A stretch of DNA of 63,121 nt, filler included, from Nemertoderma westbladi (taxonomy: Eukaryota; Animalia; Xenacoelomorpha): NCBI GenBank assembly GCA_032718475.1. It is 3 parts of 3 records of this genome, joined end to end, with 100 filler letters (N's around TTAATTAATTAA, not from the genome) between each part and the next. Parts side by side here need not be neighbours in the genome. Positions count along the whole stretch, not along the records: positions 1 to 28,225 come from JAUCBJ010008045.1; 2 more parts are not named here. The stretch is one strand, 5' to 3'. Below are positions 11,601 through 21,635 of this stretch, piece after piece. Each line of letters starts with the position of its first letter. Position 1 is the stretch's first letter. The notes beneath the pieces are model-generated. The model made no database searches. It was not told the DNA's origin and saw only the letters and a list, made by a program, of their open reading frames with translations. The translations under genes and the position numbers were made by a program.

Positions 11601-12874
11601 CAGCCATGGAGAAGATCCTTGAAGAGAAGGAATCAGACCTCTCTAGGTTCGCCGACCGCCTCCACCTTCTATCGGCGCATGACGCCCTATACCTACTCAG
11701 ACATTGCTTTGCCATTCCGAAGTTGATGTATGTGCTGCGGTGTTCACCCGCCTTTGGATCGCCTCGATTGAAGTCTCTAGATGATAAGATTCGGCAGTGC
11801 TGCCAAATTGTGCTCAACACTAGGATTGGGGGCGATGCTTGGGCCCAGGCTTCCCTTCCAATATCTTTGGGCGGACTGGGGGTTAGAAGCACATCCGACG
11901 TAGCTTTACCAGCTTTCCTGGCTTCCAGCCATGGGTGCATCCCACTGCTTAACACCCTACTACCCAGTTCCATTTCCAGCATCCCCAACCCACTCCTAAT
12001 AGCTGCGAAGCAACTACTACCTACCGATTTTCCTGAACCAATCAATCAAGCCATTCAGAAAGGATGGGATGCCCCGCTGTGCTCATCACGACAGGATGAA
12101 CTGATCACCAAAGCCTCATCAGCAAAAGAGAAGGCTCGTCTCCTAGCTGCCGCCGCAGACCACGCCGGGGACTGGCTAAGGGCACTGCCGGTATCATCCC
12201 TAGGCCTTCGCCTCAGTGATGAGCAGCTGCGGGTGGGAGCAGCTCTCCGCTTGGGTACACCTATTTGCGAGGAGCATTCCTGCAGGGGTTGCGGGTTGGA
12301 AGTCGACACGAGTGGAAGTCATGGCCTCAGCTGCTTACACAATTATGGGAAATACACCCGTCATGCAGAGGCCAATGACATCATTCACCGTGCACTCTCA
12401 TCAGCCGGCATTGCCTCCACCTTGGAGCCTCGAGGACTTTCACAAGACGGCAAGAAACCAGACGGTTTGACCTTTGCCCCTTGGTCCTCAGGCCGCCCAC
12501 TCGTTTGGGACTTTACTTGCAGGGACACCCTCGCTCCTTCCTATCTACCCGAGACAAGTAAATCTGCAGGTGCAGCCGCTTTAATGGCAGAGACCAGTAA
12601 AGGAAATAAGTATGCTGCGCTCCAGCACCACCACTTATTCCGCACTATTGCCTTAGAGACCTTAGGCCCAATCGGTGCAGAAGGCACCGCAGTACTGCGG
12701 GAGATAGGGCGGAGAATCGCCAAGGAAACAGGTGAACCTAGGTCCACAGAATTCCTTTTCCAGCGGCTCTCAATTGCAGTGGTCAGAGGGAATGCGACAT
12801 CTGTCCTAGGTACCACCCCCCACCAGGCGGGCCTTGATGAGGTATTCCTACTCTGAATCCAGGAATTCTCATAG
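8700..12874 (+). mobile_element. CRE-clade (RLE-type) non-LTR retrotransposon, apparently full-length ORF; boundaries approximate
   Basis: Single 1329-aa ORF with RT and RLE. No clear TSD or poly(A) tail. Confidence 0.85.
8867..12856 (+). CDS. Ulp1/SENP (C48) protease - zinc finger - reverse transcriptase - zinc knuckle - restriction-like endonuclease polyprotein
   Basis: Ulp1: WLTDNIV, FFPINVNNCHWTLAV, FFDSLG, QYNTYQCGVY. CxxC...H...CPGS finger. RT: RPIAVG, KIDFSNAFNSI, QQGDPL, WFLDDG, QASLPISLGGLG. CRGCG...HGLSC knuckle. RLE: RH..ND, KPDG, WDFTC, KY, LETLG, FQRLSIAVVRGNA. Confidence 0.92.
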   Translation: MEIPCISLTDSELLADPPPESEDMYEFGGLPLSRHDIESLNGQNWLTDNIVEAVISSLCLGYNGHARVFNSHFVDIFQEGGFKNIQSLSKGASVPVFDNDFIFFPINVNNCHWTLAVYSPLKSAIWFFDSLGGSNQTVVDSIKEWVHLVAIHYNVDLPPITVYPSIQKVQYNTYQCGVYICRYAKWCIEGYSRSDFEDINDITISKHRSDLYSDISRNAPLVWSANQQKASTPTPPPIGDPTPFPNSHPPVLNHTQSISPLEPKQPPIQSAESSQDNNQIGDPTLVPNSHPPLFTHTPSIAPLEPGQPPTVTSGGLSLKFPCTTCSKLCCVNPKGGLRKHRSTEGTTCPGSGSIITFPATGSSAPAEAAIPPDLHSNQPAMSQGSPGLLSQPFTNDTPSPAPAVASQSAISDSLSSAFETLTRIRTLTRIPRGARLKAATLYSSLCDAIVLNNSQSNWLNLLAFPFSLRVPSQGSRSRRGRRAIGPACKSLTAKVKDQLLEFEEMVKNTKELLVLPTTSLPSHLKPKTQQSSDDMLGKLIASKIEEGNVKAAARLASSSATIAPATSETLEALRLLHPTRPSDDFHGVPSLEEADVPTLELSYPEVLKSIKLFPNGSAPGPDNCRPQFLKDMISSSAGDAALASLKAMTSVANIMLKGGVPQEVLPYLYGARLCAFTKPAGGVRPIAVGCTLRRLTAKTGCHSAAKHSGLKLGPHQLGFGTPRGAEAAVHAARRFLSESIERETVMIKIDFSNAFNSIHRGPALRAVLKNLPPLYNLAYQSYSQPSLLFYNGTTIASDDGMQQGDPLASLFFSNDTIELVDSMESPLNVWFLDDGSLGGTPSVVASDLKRVIAEAAKLGLMVKASKCELIFGKHFPLELKEETTALFDAITPSIKPIDFSDALLLGSPLGDSAMEKILEEKESDLSRFADRLHLLSAHDALYLLRHCFAIPKLMYVLRCSPAFGSPRLKSLDDKIRQCCQIVLNTRIGGDAWAQASLPISLGGLGVRSTSDVALPAFLASSHGCIPLLNTLLPSSISSIPNPLLIAAKQLLPTDFPEPINQAIQKGWDAPLCSSRQDELITKASSAKEKARLLAAAADHAGDWLRALPVSSLGLRLSDEQLRVGAALRLGTPICEEHSCRGCGLEVDTSGSHGLSCLHNYGKYTRHAEANDIIHRALSSAGIASTLEPRGLSQDGKKPDGLTFAPWSSGRPLVWDFTCRDTLAPSYLPETSKSAGAAALMAETSKGNKYAALQHHHLFRTIALETLGPIGAEGTAVLREIGRRIAKETGEPRSTEFLFQRLSIAVVRGNATSVLGTTPHQAGLDEVFLL

Positions 12875-13063
12875 GTGTTAATTTATCTCAACTCAGCAGT
12901 GCACCCAATATTATATAATATTATGTCACAACAATTTCGTCGGGACTTTCGTCGCGTTTGTTGCCGGGGTAACCAACAGCGCTTGGCTTTTGTCAATCAA
13001 AGAACTGTCAATTACAATTCGGAAATGACGAGGCATAGCACACTCGATAGTACAAAACTGTAA
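12875..13063 (+). CDS. Terminal exon or fragment of a class A (rhodopsin-family) peptide GPCR: TM7, helix 8 and C-tail
   Basis: VLIYLNSAVHPILYNIMSQQFRRDFRRVCC matches the NSxxNPxxY..S..FR..F..CC pattern (N>H in NPxxY). Preceded by acceptor-like TTCTCATAG. Confidence 0.75.
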   Translation: MLIYLNSAVHPILYNIMSQQFRRDFRRVCCRGNQQRLAFVNQRTVNYNSEMTRHSTLDSTKL

Positions 13064-15865
13064 CCTTGGAGACTTGAGATTACTTTTATAACATTAGAGT
13101 ATTTCTTACTCTGAGAGAGAATTTGATGTTTTACGAATTTTAGCTCCTCTATATACGAACTTTAAGAGCTAATCTGCAACCATTTAATGGATATTAATTA
13201 AATAATTATATAATATGGTTTTTGTAAAATATATTTATCTTTTAGTAAAAATAATATAAAAAGATAATTATACATAAATTTTTGTTTCGATATAAACAAC
13301 ATAAATTTTCGAATATAATTAAACGCACGCAGTGCAGAAATATTCGTGGGGCCCTTTCGCAGCGAGAGGCATATTCACTCGTACTGCGCGAGACATATCA
13401 GTGGCTAACGCGTGATCCTAACCCAATGCACGTTTGTAAATATATTTAGTGGATTTATATACAATGATGAAACATTTGAGACGGTTTCACTCTCAGATAT
13501 ACTTCGCCCTCTACTGGAAGACTGGAGAATTGCAGATGGTTCAGCGTCATCACCAAGATCCAGGGTGTACACATATGCCAAGTATCAGCTTTGCAACGTA
13601 TAAACAAGCAAATGGAAATGGTTTTCACTTTCGGCCATTCCGACTTCTAGTGACAGACTGAGTTAGTAAAACCTACAGACTCATCGATGGCAGGTTGAGT
13701 AATGGCTAAGGCTCACGTTACTTTATGGGTCGTTCGATAGATTTTCTTACGTTCATTATACCTACTTTTGGGTCCGCTACATAAATTATTGTATGTTTAA
13801 CATATGATTAACATATTGATTGTTTAATTATTGATGAGTTTCTACAAAATTTGTGAATCATTACTATATAGAATGTAAGAAAATTTCATAAAGTTATTAG
13901 TGTTTCAGAACATGATATTTATTTTTCAAGAATAAATGGGTGTTTGAAAAGTTTTCACAGCCAATACTTTCTAAAAATAAAAAGTGGCTCACATACGTCA
14001 TACGTCACTTTAATGTTTACCCACTACGCACCAACTGGGTCAAATGTAATCCAAAATGTTTTCAGTCCTTTCTGTGGATACGGTGACAAGGTTTTATGAC
14101 TTCTCGAAACTGAATGCCTGATTTTGCCATTAACTATTTACTATCACCAATAATATGCAACAACACGTTGGCGTAACATTTTCAAGCCCATTTAAATCAT
14201 GAAAGCGGTTGTTAGCACTTTACAAATGCCACTTCCCTTGTGAAACCTTTCATTTAGGTCCATCGGTCCATTGAGCGACTGCAGCCTTTGTTGAAAAGAA
14301 ATGATTTCAGCTCCCCTGAAAATATTCATAACCTAAAAGCTAAAACAAACAGAAATAGACCAACCGAAAATAATTATAGCATAGAGAGTACTTTTAAAAT
14401 GGCAATGTCACCGTGAAACTGGTGGTGATGGCACCCAGAACGAATCATAAGCATTGTCGCATTGCCTTAAGGTAAGGATGAAATGAATCATCATAACCCA
14501 GAATAAAATGCAAGTCACCCACGTGTCGTTTATTGGTGTATTCACACATGTTTCTGTAAAGTAGGCCTCTGCAGTATGATTGGATCTTGGCACTGCACTG
14601 GCACATTAACAGCTGACATTAACAGATGATGTAGCAAAACAATACTGGATTGTCTGATTGTGAAAATACATGTATAATAGAGTAGCTGCTGGCTGCTGTC
14701 ATACAGTGTGTCATTTCAAGCAGATAAGTGTGACCTTTTATAAATTTATTAATAATTTTACTTAGTTGTTTTCAGCAATATGGCCCACAGGCTGACAGGT
14801 CTGCAGGTGCAGGTATACATAATTTCGCTTGTCAGACTATCACTCACTTATCAGCTCATCGCATTTTATTATTATGACAATATGAGGCCTAATGGCAGTT
14901 ATTTTAAGAATGTGATAGGCTGATTGCAGATAGGCCTAAGCCTTTATTAGACACAACTGACTGACTGAGACAAAAGGGTACTGTTACCGCTCGTACCGGT
15001 CAGCTAGCCTAGCCTATTATCACCTCTTACGCCTTAACAGAGGCTACATCATCAGAATGTTCCAGACATGCAGACTTGTGGTATTGTGATGCTAGTGTCT
15101 GATTGTGTATGCTTACCGGTAAATCAACAATGTTTTGAATGCTGATGTTGAAGTCGGTTTAGACAGTAGGAAGTGTTGGTAACTTGGTACCATTCTAATC
15201 ATGTAATGTACCGGGTAATACTGTAATATGGTCAGATGGTCGAGCGGAAACGGATATATTTACTGTAGTAATGATTCTAATGAATGCTGTAGTCATAGTC
15301 ATGCAGTCAAGTCCTTTTGTCATGACAAAAACACATCTACGCAATCTGTCATGTAGACTGTAGAGGATAGGTCAATCAGTCAATGTCAATCTGCCAAAAT
15401 GTCCTACGGTTCTAGGCCTACTGTCTTTCAGTTCAACATGTTCACTCCGTCTCGTCTACAAATTACGGTAATTTTGCATACGACATTACAAGTAATTAAG
15501 TGATTTCAAGTCCAGAAGTCAATGCAGTTATTCAGTAGGCCTATAAATAATATTGCCAGTCTGTCTTATTTAATCTGACCATTAGAGACATTACTGTCAG
15601 ACTGTAGCTAACTAGGAGACAAGCAGTCAATTAGGTGAACATGAAAGTATATGATTATATATTACCTCTAGTGGCAAGATGTAAGTGATAGGCCTAACTG
15701 CCTAATCAGCGAGTTACAGTCTGACAGTAAGAATTCCACAGTTGCAGGCAGCAGTAGTCCAGTGCGGCACAAACAGACAAAGGACCCTGCACACACAAAA
15801 CAAGGTATAGTTTTGATTTTGTGGATTTTTGGAAGATTTTAAATTTGATCTTTTCTTATTTTAGA

Positions 15866-16583
15866 CAGGGACGGATTAAGGGGGGGGGGCAACAGGGGCA
15901 GCTGCCGGGGGCCCGTAAGTTGGAAGGGGCCCGCAAGTTGGGAGAAATGTATCGGACATTATCTTACTGATAAAACAACCTTATGTATTTATTAATTTCT
16001 GACTGTTAAATAAATATTTAGAGTTTATCTCACATATAGCACCATTCAGAGCACTGTGTCGCATATAATGTTTAAAGTGTTTAAAAAATATGTTTAAAGT
16101 GAAATGTAATGCTTAAAGGAAAAGGGTCGATTTAAAATAATAGTAAATTATTACTGTATTACAATTAACATTTAATTTTAATTAATTTTATTAATTTTGT
16201 GTCTAATTTATTAATAAACCAAAATATTCGTTCCTAAATATAGAATTGATGTCTTTTGGATGGTGTAATTTTAGGAAAAAATTATTATTATTTAAAATTT
16301 ATAATAATAAAGGACTATTATTCGTCATTTTCCGCATTTTTCATTGATTTTCAATTTAGCAAAATTCAACTATTTCTGTCTATAGTGTTTCCGGTTACGT
16401 TTTTATATCGAATATATTTATTTTTTTATTTGAAAAAAATATCACCAGTGATACTTATTTGTACCAACGGGGACCAACATTTTTTGCAATTGGTTTTCGT
16501 GGGGGGGGGGGGGGGGGGGGGGGAAGGCTAGGGGCCCGTAAGTTGCGACTGCCGGGGGCCCGAAAATTCATAATCCGTCCCTG
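15866..16583. mobile_element. Non-autonomous hAT-type MITE
   Basis: TIRs CAGGGACGGATTA / TAATCCGTCCCTG; exact 8-bp TSD ATTTTAGA (15858-15865, 16584-16591); subterminal GGGGCCCG repeats. Confidence 0.9.
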
Positions 16584-17759
16584 ATTTTAGACGCAATTTA
16601 ATCCACAAATAAATTAATTTGGATTATTGTACCATTCACTTTACATCCAGATCTAGTCATCATAGGGAATTATCACGTTTCCTATGAACACAAGTATGAG
16701 AATATGGAAAATCCCATCGTGGTTGACAAGAATGACAACTATTTCTAAGTTGTCATTCTTGTCAACCTCGCAAATAGATAACACAAACAAATTAGAAGAC
16801 CCAGTTCGGGCAGTTGTGCAACTTCTTATCTTATCTAATCTCTCTTATCTCATCTTATCATCTTAGTTTTATTTTCGCTTTCATTCCTTAGCTACACACT
16901 ACAAGCATTTGAAAAAGGTGTCTCCGACGAAATTGCATCTGTTACACCGCAGGCTTCAACCTTATTTTGAGTTGTTGTTACTGTTAGAAAGCTGGCCATA
17001 TAAGGATTCCACATTTTTTTGCTGAAATTTGTCATAAAAATGGGGGTGGGGGGGGGGGGGGGGGGACTCAGGTGCCTAAATATCGACACTTAAAGTATAT
17101 TCCAGGACATGGTGCAGTGGTGTAAATATAACCAAATTTGAATAGGAATGATAATTATTTATTATTATTTCTTCTTTCTATACGAAAAGGTGAGTATAAA
17201 TAGATGGCTTCCCTAGACGCAAAAATCGAAATTAAATATTCCATAAGATATTATTTATTATATTACTGTATTTCTAACCTTAAAGTAAACGTTTCATGAG
17301 AAATATCTGGTGAGTCAATAACTCCCTATAACATATCGTTATTAAAATGCAGAAATACTTATCAGGCGATTCGATGTGATGACGTGATGTATCCTTGACC
17401 TTGTATAATCATAACATTTATTCACAATAAACCTTAATGGTTAAAACCCTTAGGAAGAAATGCATAATAGTATATGATTTTTGTATCGTGATGAATATCT
17501 TCTTGATTGGCCTTTATGCATTCCTATCAGTGTTTCCTCCCTCCCCTCCCACTTCCCACAGATTTACTGACCATGAACAAACCTCTTACTTTGTATCTTT
17601 GACTGGCTTGTACACTATTTAATGAAACAATAATAGTAGTATTCCTGCTGGACTCCTTTGTAGAGAAATTAGATATTACATAGTCATCAATACTATTTCC
17701 CCTTTATATTGGATCTTTCTTATAACTGCGTACATATTAAATTATATTCCGGATAGAAA

Positions 17760-20648
17760 ATGGCAACAAGTGGAGGAAATTGTTACAAGAACATTATGAG
17801 GGGAAGGAAAGCACCCCGCAACGACCAAATGGACGAATATCTAGAATCAATCGATTATTGGCGGAAGTGTATCGCCAAAGATGGTTCTTGCTTATTTCGT
17901 ATTGTCGCAGAACATATCTATATGTGTCAATCCGAACACCTAAAAGTTCGTGAACAGTGTGTGAACTTCATGGAGACAAACCCGAACATGTTTCGGTCTC
18001 TCGTGAAGGAGCCATTTGAGAGGTATCTATGCTGCCTCAGGAATCCTAAGGAATGGGGAGGTCATGTCGAGATGTCAGCTCTATCGATGATATATGAACG
18101 TGATTTTATATTGTTTCTCGAACCCGGCAAAACACCTCCTCAGCCAGTAACAAGCAATGGATTTGAGAAGGTGATCATGCTATGTAGCACTGGGGGAAAC
18201 CATTTCGACGCCGTCTTCCCCAAGTCCTTTCAGATGAACAGCGCTTTGTGTCAAAGTATTGTGTATGAGGTTTTGTATAATCAGGTATTCAAATTCGAGG
18301 TTGACACCATATTGGAGTCTGTGGAGATCCTTCGAGAGCAGACTGCTCGGGCTCGTAGGGAGAGTATGTGTAGCGATGGGGGGAGTTCCCCAGAAGGTAA
18401 AGACTTTGCCAATGAGGCCGAGACATCTTGTGAGTCTGTTTCGGAAATTGATGCCAAGTTAACCAAAATGCGTTTGTCCGAGAAATGGCCCCCGTTTCCT
18501 TACAAGATAGTCAAGTCTTTAGACCCCGAAATCTACCGAAATGTCGAATACGATGTTTGGATAGAAGCGCGCAAAGAACAACAACGTATTGAGTTCCCCA
18601 TCAACGGCAATCTCCACTACTCTATTGGTGATAAAGTCCTTGTCTTTCTCGATAATTCAAACATCCTCTATCACGCTCATATCCAGGAGATCAACGACCC
18701 TATAGGTCATGTTACAGTGTTTGTTACCGAGTTGGGTCAGAGACACACAGTGCCATTTAGGTACCTCCGCCCAGCCACGCCCCCCTTTCCTTGGCTGATC
18801 GTAGCCAATAATAATAATAAACAAACATCATCTCCTGCGAACGTAGGTTACGAGGATCCTAGAACAGGTAGCGTTGTTTCTAAGCAACACGGTAAGCGGT
18901 ATTCTTGGTCGTCATCGCCGCAACACCCTGCCGCATCGACCACATTGTCTGGTGGAGGCTTTGATAGCAGCACCCCTCGGGGTGTCGCAACACCTCGCGG
19001 TTTGATACCCCAGACACCATCGTACGATGGCTCCCCAGTATGGCCACCCCCCACCGCACCCAGAGGGTTCACTCAGTCATCCGGGTCAGCCTTTGTGGCC
19101 ACACACCCTTCGGTAACATCCCGCCCATCATCTACCCCGGCGGCATACCCGATGCCCCACCCACCGCAGCAACACATGAGTGGAGCGACACCGAGGAATT
19201 ACGTCGCCCAGATGAGAGACCAATCAGTAGATCCTGGTGAGGATCTTATAGTGAGTCCGTTGGAGGACAGTGGTTGCTACGGAGGCGGGGACTTTCCCAA
19301 CTACTACCCACCATCGCAGATAGCGGGTTCCGCTTCCCAGGAATACAGTTTCCCGGGATTCGGACTCCACGGCAACATGGGGTCTCCTCCACCCGGAGGT
19401 CGTCGTTCTATCTCCCCTTCGATTCCGATACCCACCTCGAATCCGCGCCTTTCCCACCACCAATCCAGTCTTCCCAATGAGTTACCATGGCAGCCACACC
19501 CGCAGCACGCGGCTGTCCCGTTGCACGTTGGTGTCGCAGACCAGCCAGGGTACCCGCTGCCAGTCGGAGGTTCCCCCTTCGGGTACCTCCCGATGAGTCC
19601 GTCTCCGATTCCCTTTGTACCGGTAGTACTGCCCTGCACAGAGAACCTAGTCGGGCCTGTTAATTACGCGGCAGGATCCTCTGTAGATCCAGTGGGGAAC
19701 GACCTCCCGATAAACGATGTCTCCACCCTCCGGTTCTACTACAACCTAGGCTACGAGTACTACCGCTATCTCACTATGATCCATATGAACCACCACAACA
19801 ACCAGATGTTCTCCCGCGGCAACCCGCAGCAGAGCGCTCCGTTTACCCAGCATCCCACCTGGCGGCAACAACCGGATCAACCCGCCGCCTATCCCACTGA
19901 TATGTTCACCGACGTTCCAGTGGAGGACCCCAACGTGAACTGCGCGTCCGGGAAACCATTGGGGATGATGGCGGGGTGTCCCCCGTCTGAAGGGGGGCAG
20001 AATCCTTACCTTGTGTTTATGGGGCAGTCGGGGCCCCCGGCTGATCGGATGATGGCTTACCCCGCGGCCCAGACACCCGGTATGGTAGGGGGCCAACAAA
20101 GCAGTGGTTTATTTCCCGGCACGTTTCAACAGGTTGCCACTCCGCTCCACCCTTGCGCCGCGACACCCTTGAAGCCATGTGGCGCCCCCATGCAGCATTC
20201 ATCATCGGCTGTGGTTCATCCATCCAGCACTGGGATACATCCAAGCAATGGGGCACCGATGCATCCCTCTTACACGGTTACGGCAATGCATCCCACTGGA
20301 GCGATGCAGACAATGCATTCTTCCGTTGCAGCAATGCATCCTACTGGTACGGCAATGCATCCCACCGGTGCAGCAATGCATCCCTCCGCTGCAGTAATGC
20401 ATCCCACCGGCGCCGCAATGCATTCCACCGGTGCCGCAATACATCCTGTCGGCGCAGCTATGCATCCCACCGCACTGCCAATGCATCAAACAGCTGGAGC
20501 AATGCAAAGTGGCGGTGCTCTACTGCAACCCGCAGCAATGCCATATCAACTGGCCCACGCGCCGTTGCAATCTCGTCCCGCTAGTGTATCGCGCTTACAC
20601 CAACCTTGCGGTGGGCCACCAATAACATCGTCGAACATTAAGTGTTAA
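17760..20648 (+). CDS. OTUD4: OTU-Tudor deubiquitinase of the OTUD4/ALG13/ovarian tumor family with long low-complexity C-terminus; coding region intronless
   Basis: OTU catalytic motifs KDGSCLFR, WGGHVEMSALS, GNHFDAV; linker PFPYKIVKSLDPEIYRNVEYDVW; Tudor IGDKVLV...YHAHIQEI...VTVFVTELGQRHTVP; conserved GNDLP..DVSTLRFYYNLG motif. Confidence 0.88.
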   Translation: MATSGGNCYKNIMRGRKAPRNDQMDEYLESIDYWRKCIAKDGSCLFRIVAEHIYMCQSEHLKVREQCVNFMETNPNMFRSLVKEPFERYLCCLRNPKEWGGHVEMSALSMIYERDFILFLEPGKTPPQPVTSNGFEKVIMLCSTGGNHFDAVFPKSFQMNSALCQSIVYEVLYNQVFKFEVDTILESVEILREQTARARRESMCSDGGSSPEGKDFANEAETSCESVSEIDAKLTKMRLSEKWPPFPYKIVKSLDPEIYRNVEYDVWIEARKEQQRIEFPINGNLHYSIGDKVLVFLDNSNILYHAHIQEINDPIGHVTVFVTELGQRHTVPFRYLRPATPPFPWLIVANNNNKQTSSPANVGYEDPRTGSVVSKQHGKRYSWSSSPQHPAASTTLSGGGFDSSTPRGVATPRGLIPQTPSYDGSPVWPPPTAPRGFTQSSGSAFVATHPSVTSRPSSTPAAYPMPHPPQQHMSGATPRNYVAQMRDQSVDPGEDLIVSPLEDSGCYGGGDFPNYYPPSQIAGSASQEYSFPGFGLHGNMGSPPPGGRRSISPSIPIPTSNPRLSHHQSSLPNELPWQPHPQHAAVPLHVGVADQPGYPLPVGGSPFGYLPMSPSPIPFVPVVLPCTENLVGPVNYAAGSSVDPVGNDLPINDVSTLRFYYNLGYEYYRYLTMIHMNHHNNQMFSRGNPQQSAPFTQHPTWRQQPDQPAAYPTDMFTDVPVEDPNVNCASGKPLGMMAGCPPSEGGQNPYLVFMGQSGPPADRMMAYPAAQTPGMVGGQQSSGLFPGTFQQVATPLHPCAATPLKPCGAPMQHSSSAVVHPSSTGIHPSNGAPMHPSYTVTAMHPTGAMQTMHSSVAAMHPTGTAMHPTGAAMHPSAAVMHPTGAAMHSTGAAIHPVGAAMHPTALPMHQTAGAMQSGGALLQPAAMPYQLAHAPLQSRPASVSRLHQPCGGPPITSSNIKC
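20260..20495 (+). repeat. Coding 21-bp tandem repeat encoding (A)AMHPTG heptads
   Basis: About 10 imperfect copies of GCAATGCATCCCACCGGTGCA inside the OTU ORF. Confidence 0.85.
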
Positions 20649-21522
20649 GAAATACTCGCAAACCTAAGTGAATGAATGTTATTCCTTTTGTACGTTTCCA
20701 TTTTATATTTGCAAGGAAGAAATATTGATTTTGGATTATATTTAGGCCTAGTTGGTAAAAGGGACTTTTGCAACATCAAAAAAAATATATATATATTTTT
20801 GTTTATAATATTTTAGGTAGTTTCCAGTTTAACATTGTATATTTCCCAAATCAATTTTACTGGATATTTAATTATTAATTATTTGGTACTGTATTTGTTA
20901 TGGTGTTTGTGACACAGTCTAGGATTCAGCAAAGAGGTATGTTTTGTTTTATTTTCGCATTTTTTTATCAACTTCTGGGGATGTGGAATTTATTAAAATT
21001 TTATCGACCATTGACAATGCGTAATGAGTAGACTATTTATTAATTAAATAAACATAAAAGTTTTTGGAGGCTGTAAAATTCATCAAATGGCACAATTTCA
21101 TACATGAGTTTCCACCATTTATTTTCCTCACCTTGTACCGCGAAAACTATTTACAAACTTTAATATTTTTTGATTTTTGACAGGGACAGACTAAGTTTAA
21201 AAAACAAAGATTTTCGTGGTACATTATTGTAGTACAGTAGGTTATCCAGAGGTGTGGATGGACTCTGGATGAGATCGAAGCGAGTTAACAAAACATACTG
21301 GGTCCTCAACTCTCGAGGATTATTCATTTATTAAAATATTATAAATGTAATTATTATATTAAATTTATTATTTCTAATGACTTTTGGTACTTTGGTATTT
21401 GGGTATAAATATTTATTGATATTATGTCGATATTTTAATGAACTATTATAATATGGTGGCTGGAAGAAATTTTCCCCAAAATTAATTTGTAATCTTCTAT
21501 CTACTTATTACATATGGAAAGG

Positions 21523-21635
21523 AAAAATTAATTATAATTTACCGGTAAGAAAAGTTAATTATAATTTACCGGTAAGAAAAGTTAATTATAATTTACCGGT
21601 AAGAAAAATTAATTATAATTTACCGGTAAGAAAAG
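21523..21635. repeat. 27-bp tandem repeat x4
   Basis: AAA(G/A)TTAATTATAATTTACCGGTAAGA repeated. Confidence 0.9.

Noticed and set aside
11233-12816. Long antisense ORFs within the CRE ORF
   Set aside because: Shadow frames of a GC-richer coding strand; no motifs.
13330-14600. Short ORFs and splice-like signals between the CRE element and the OTU gene
   Set aside because: No recognisable protein similarity or consistent exon chain.
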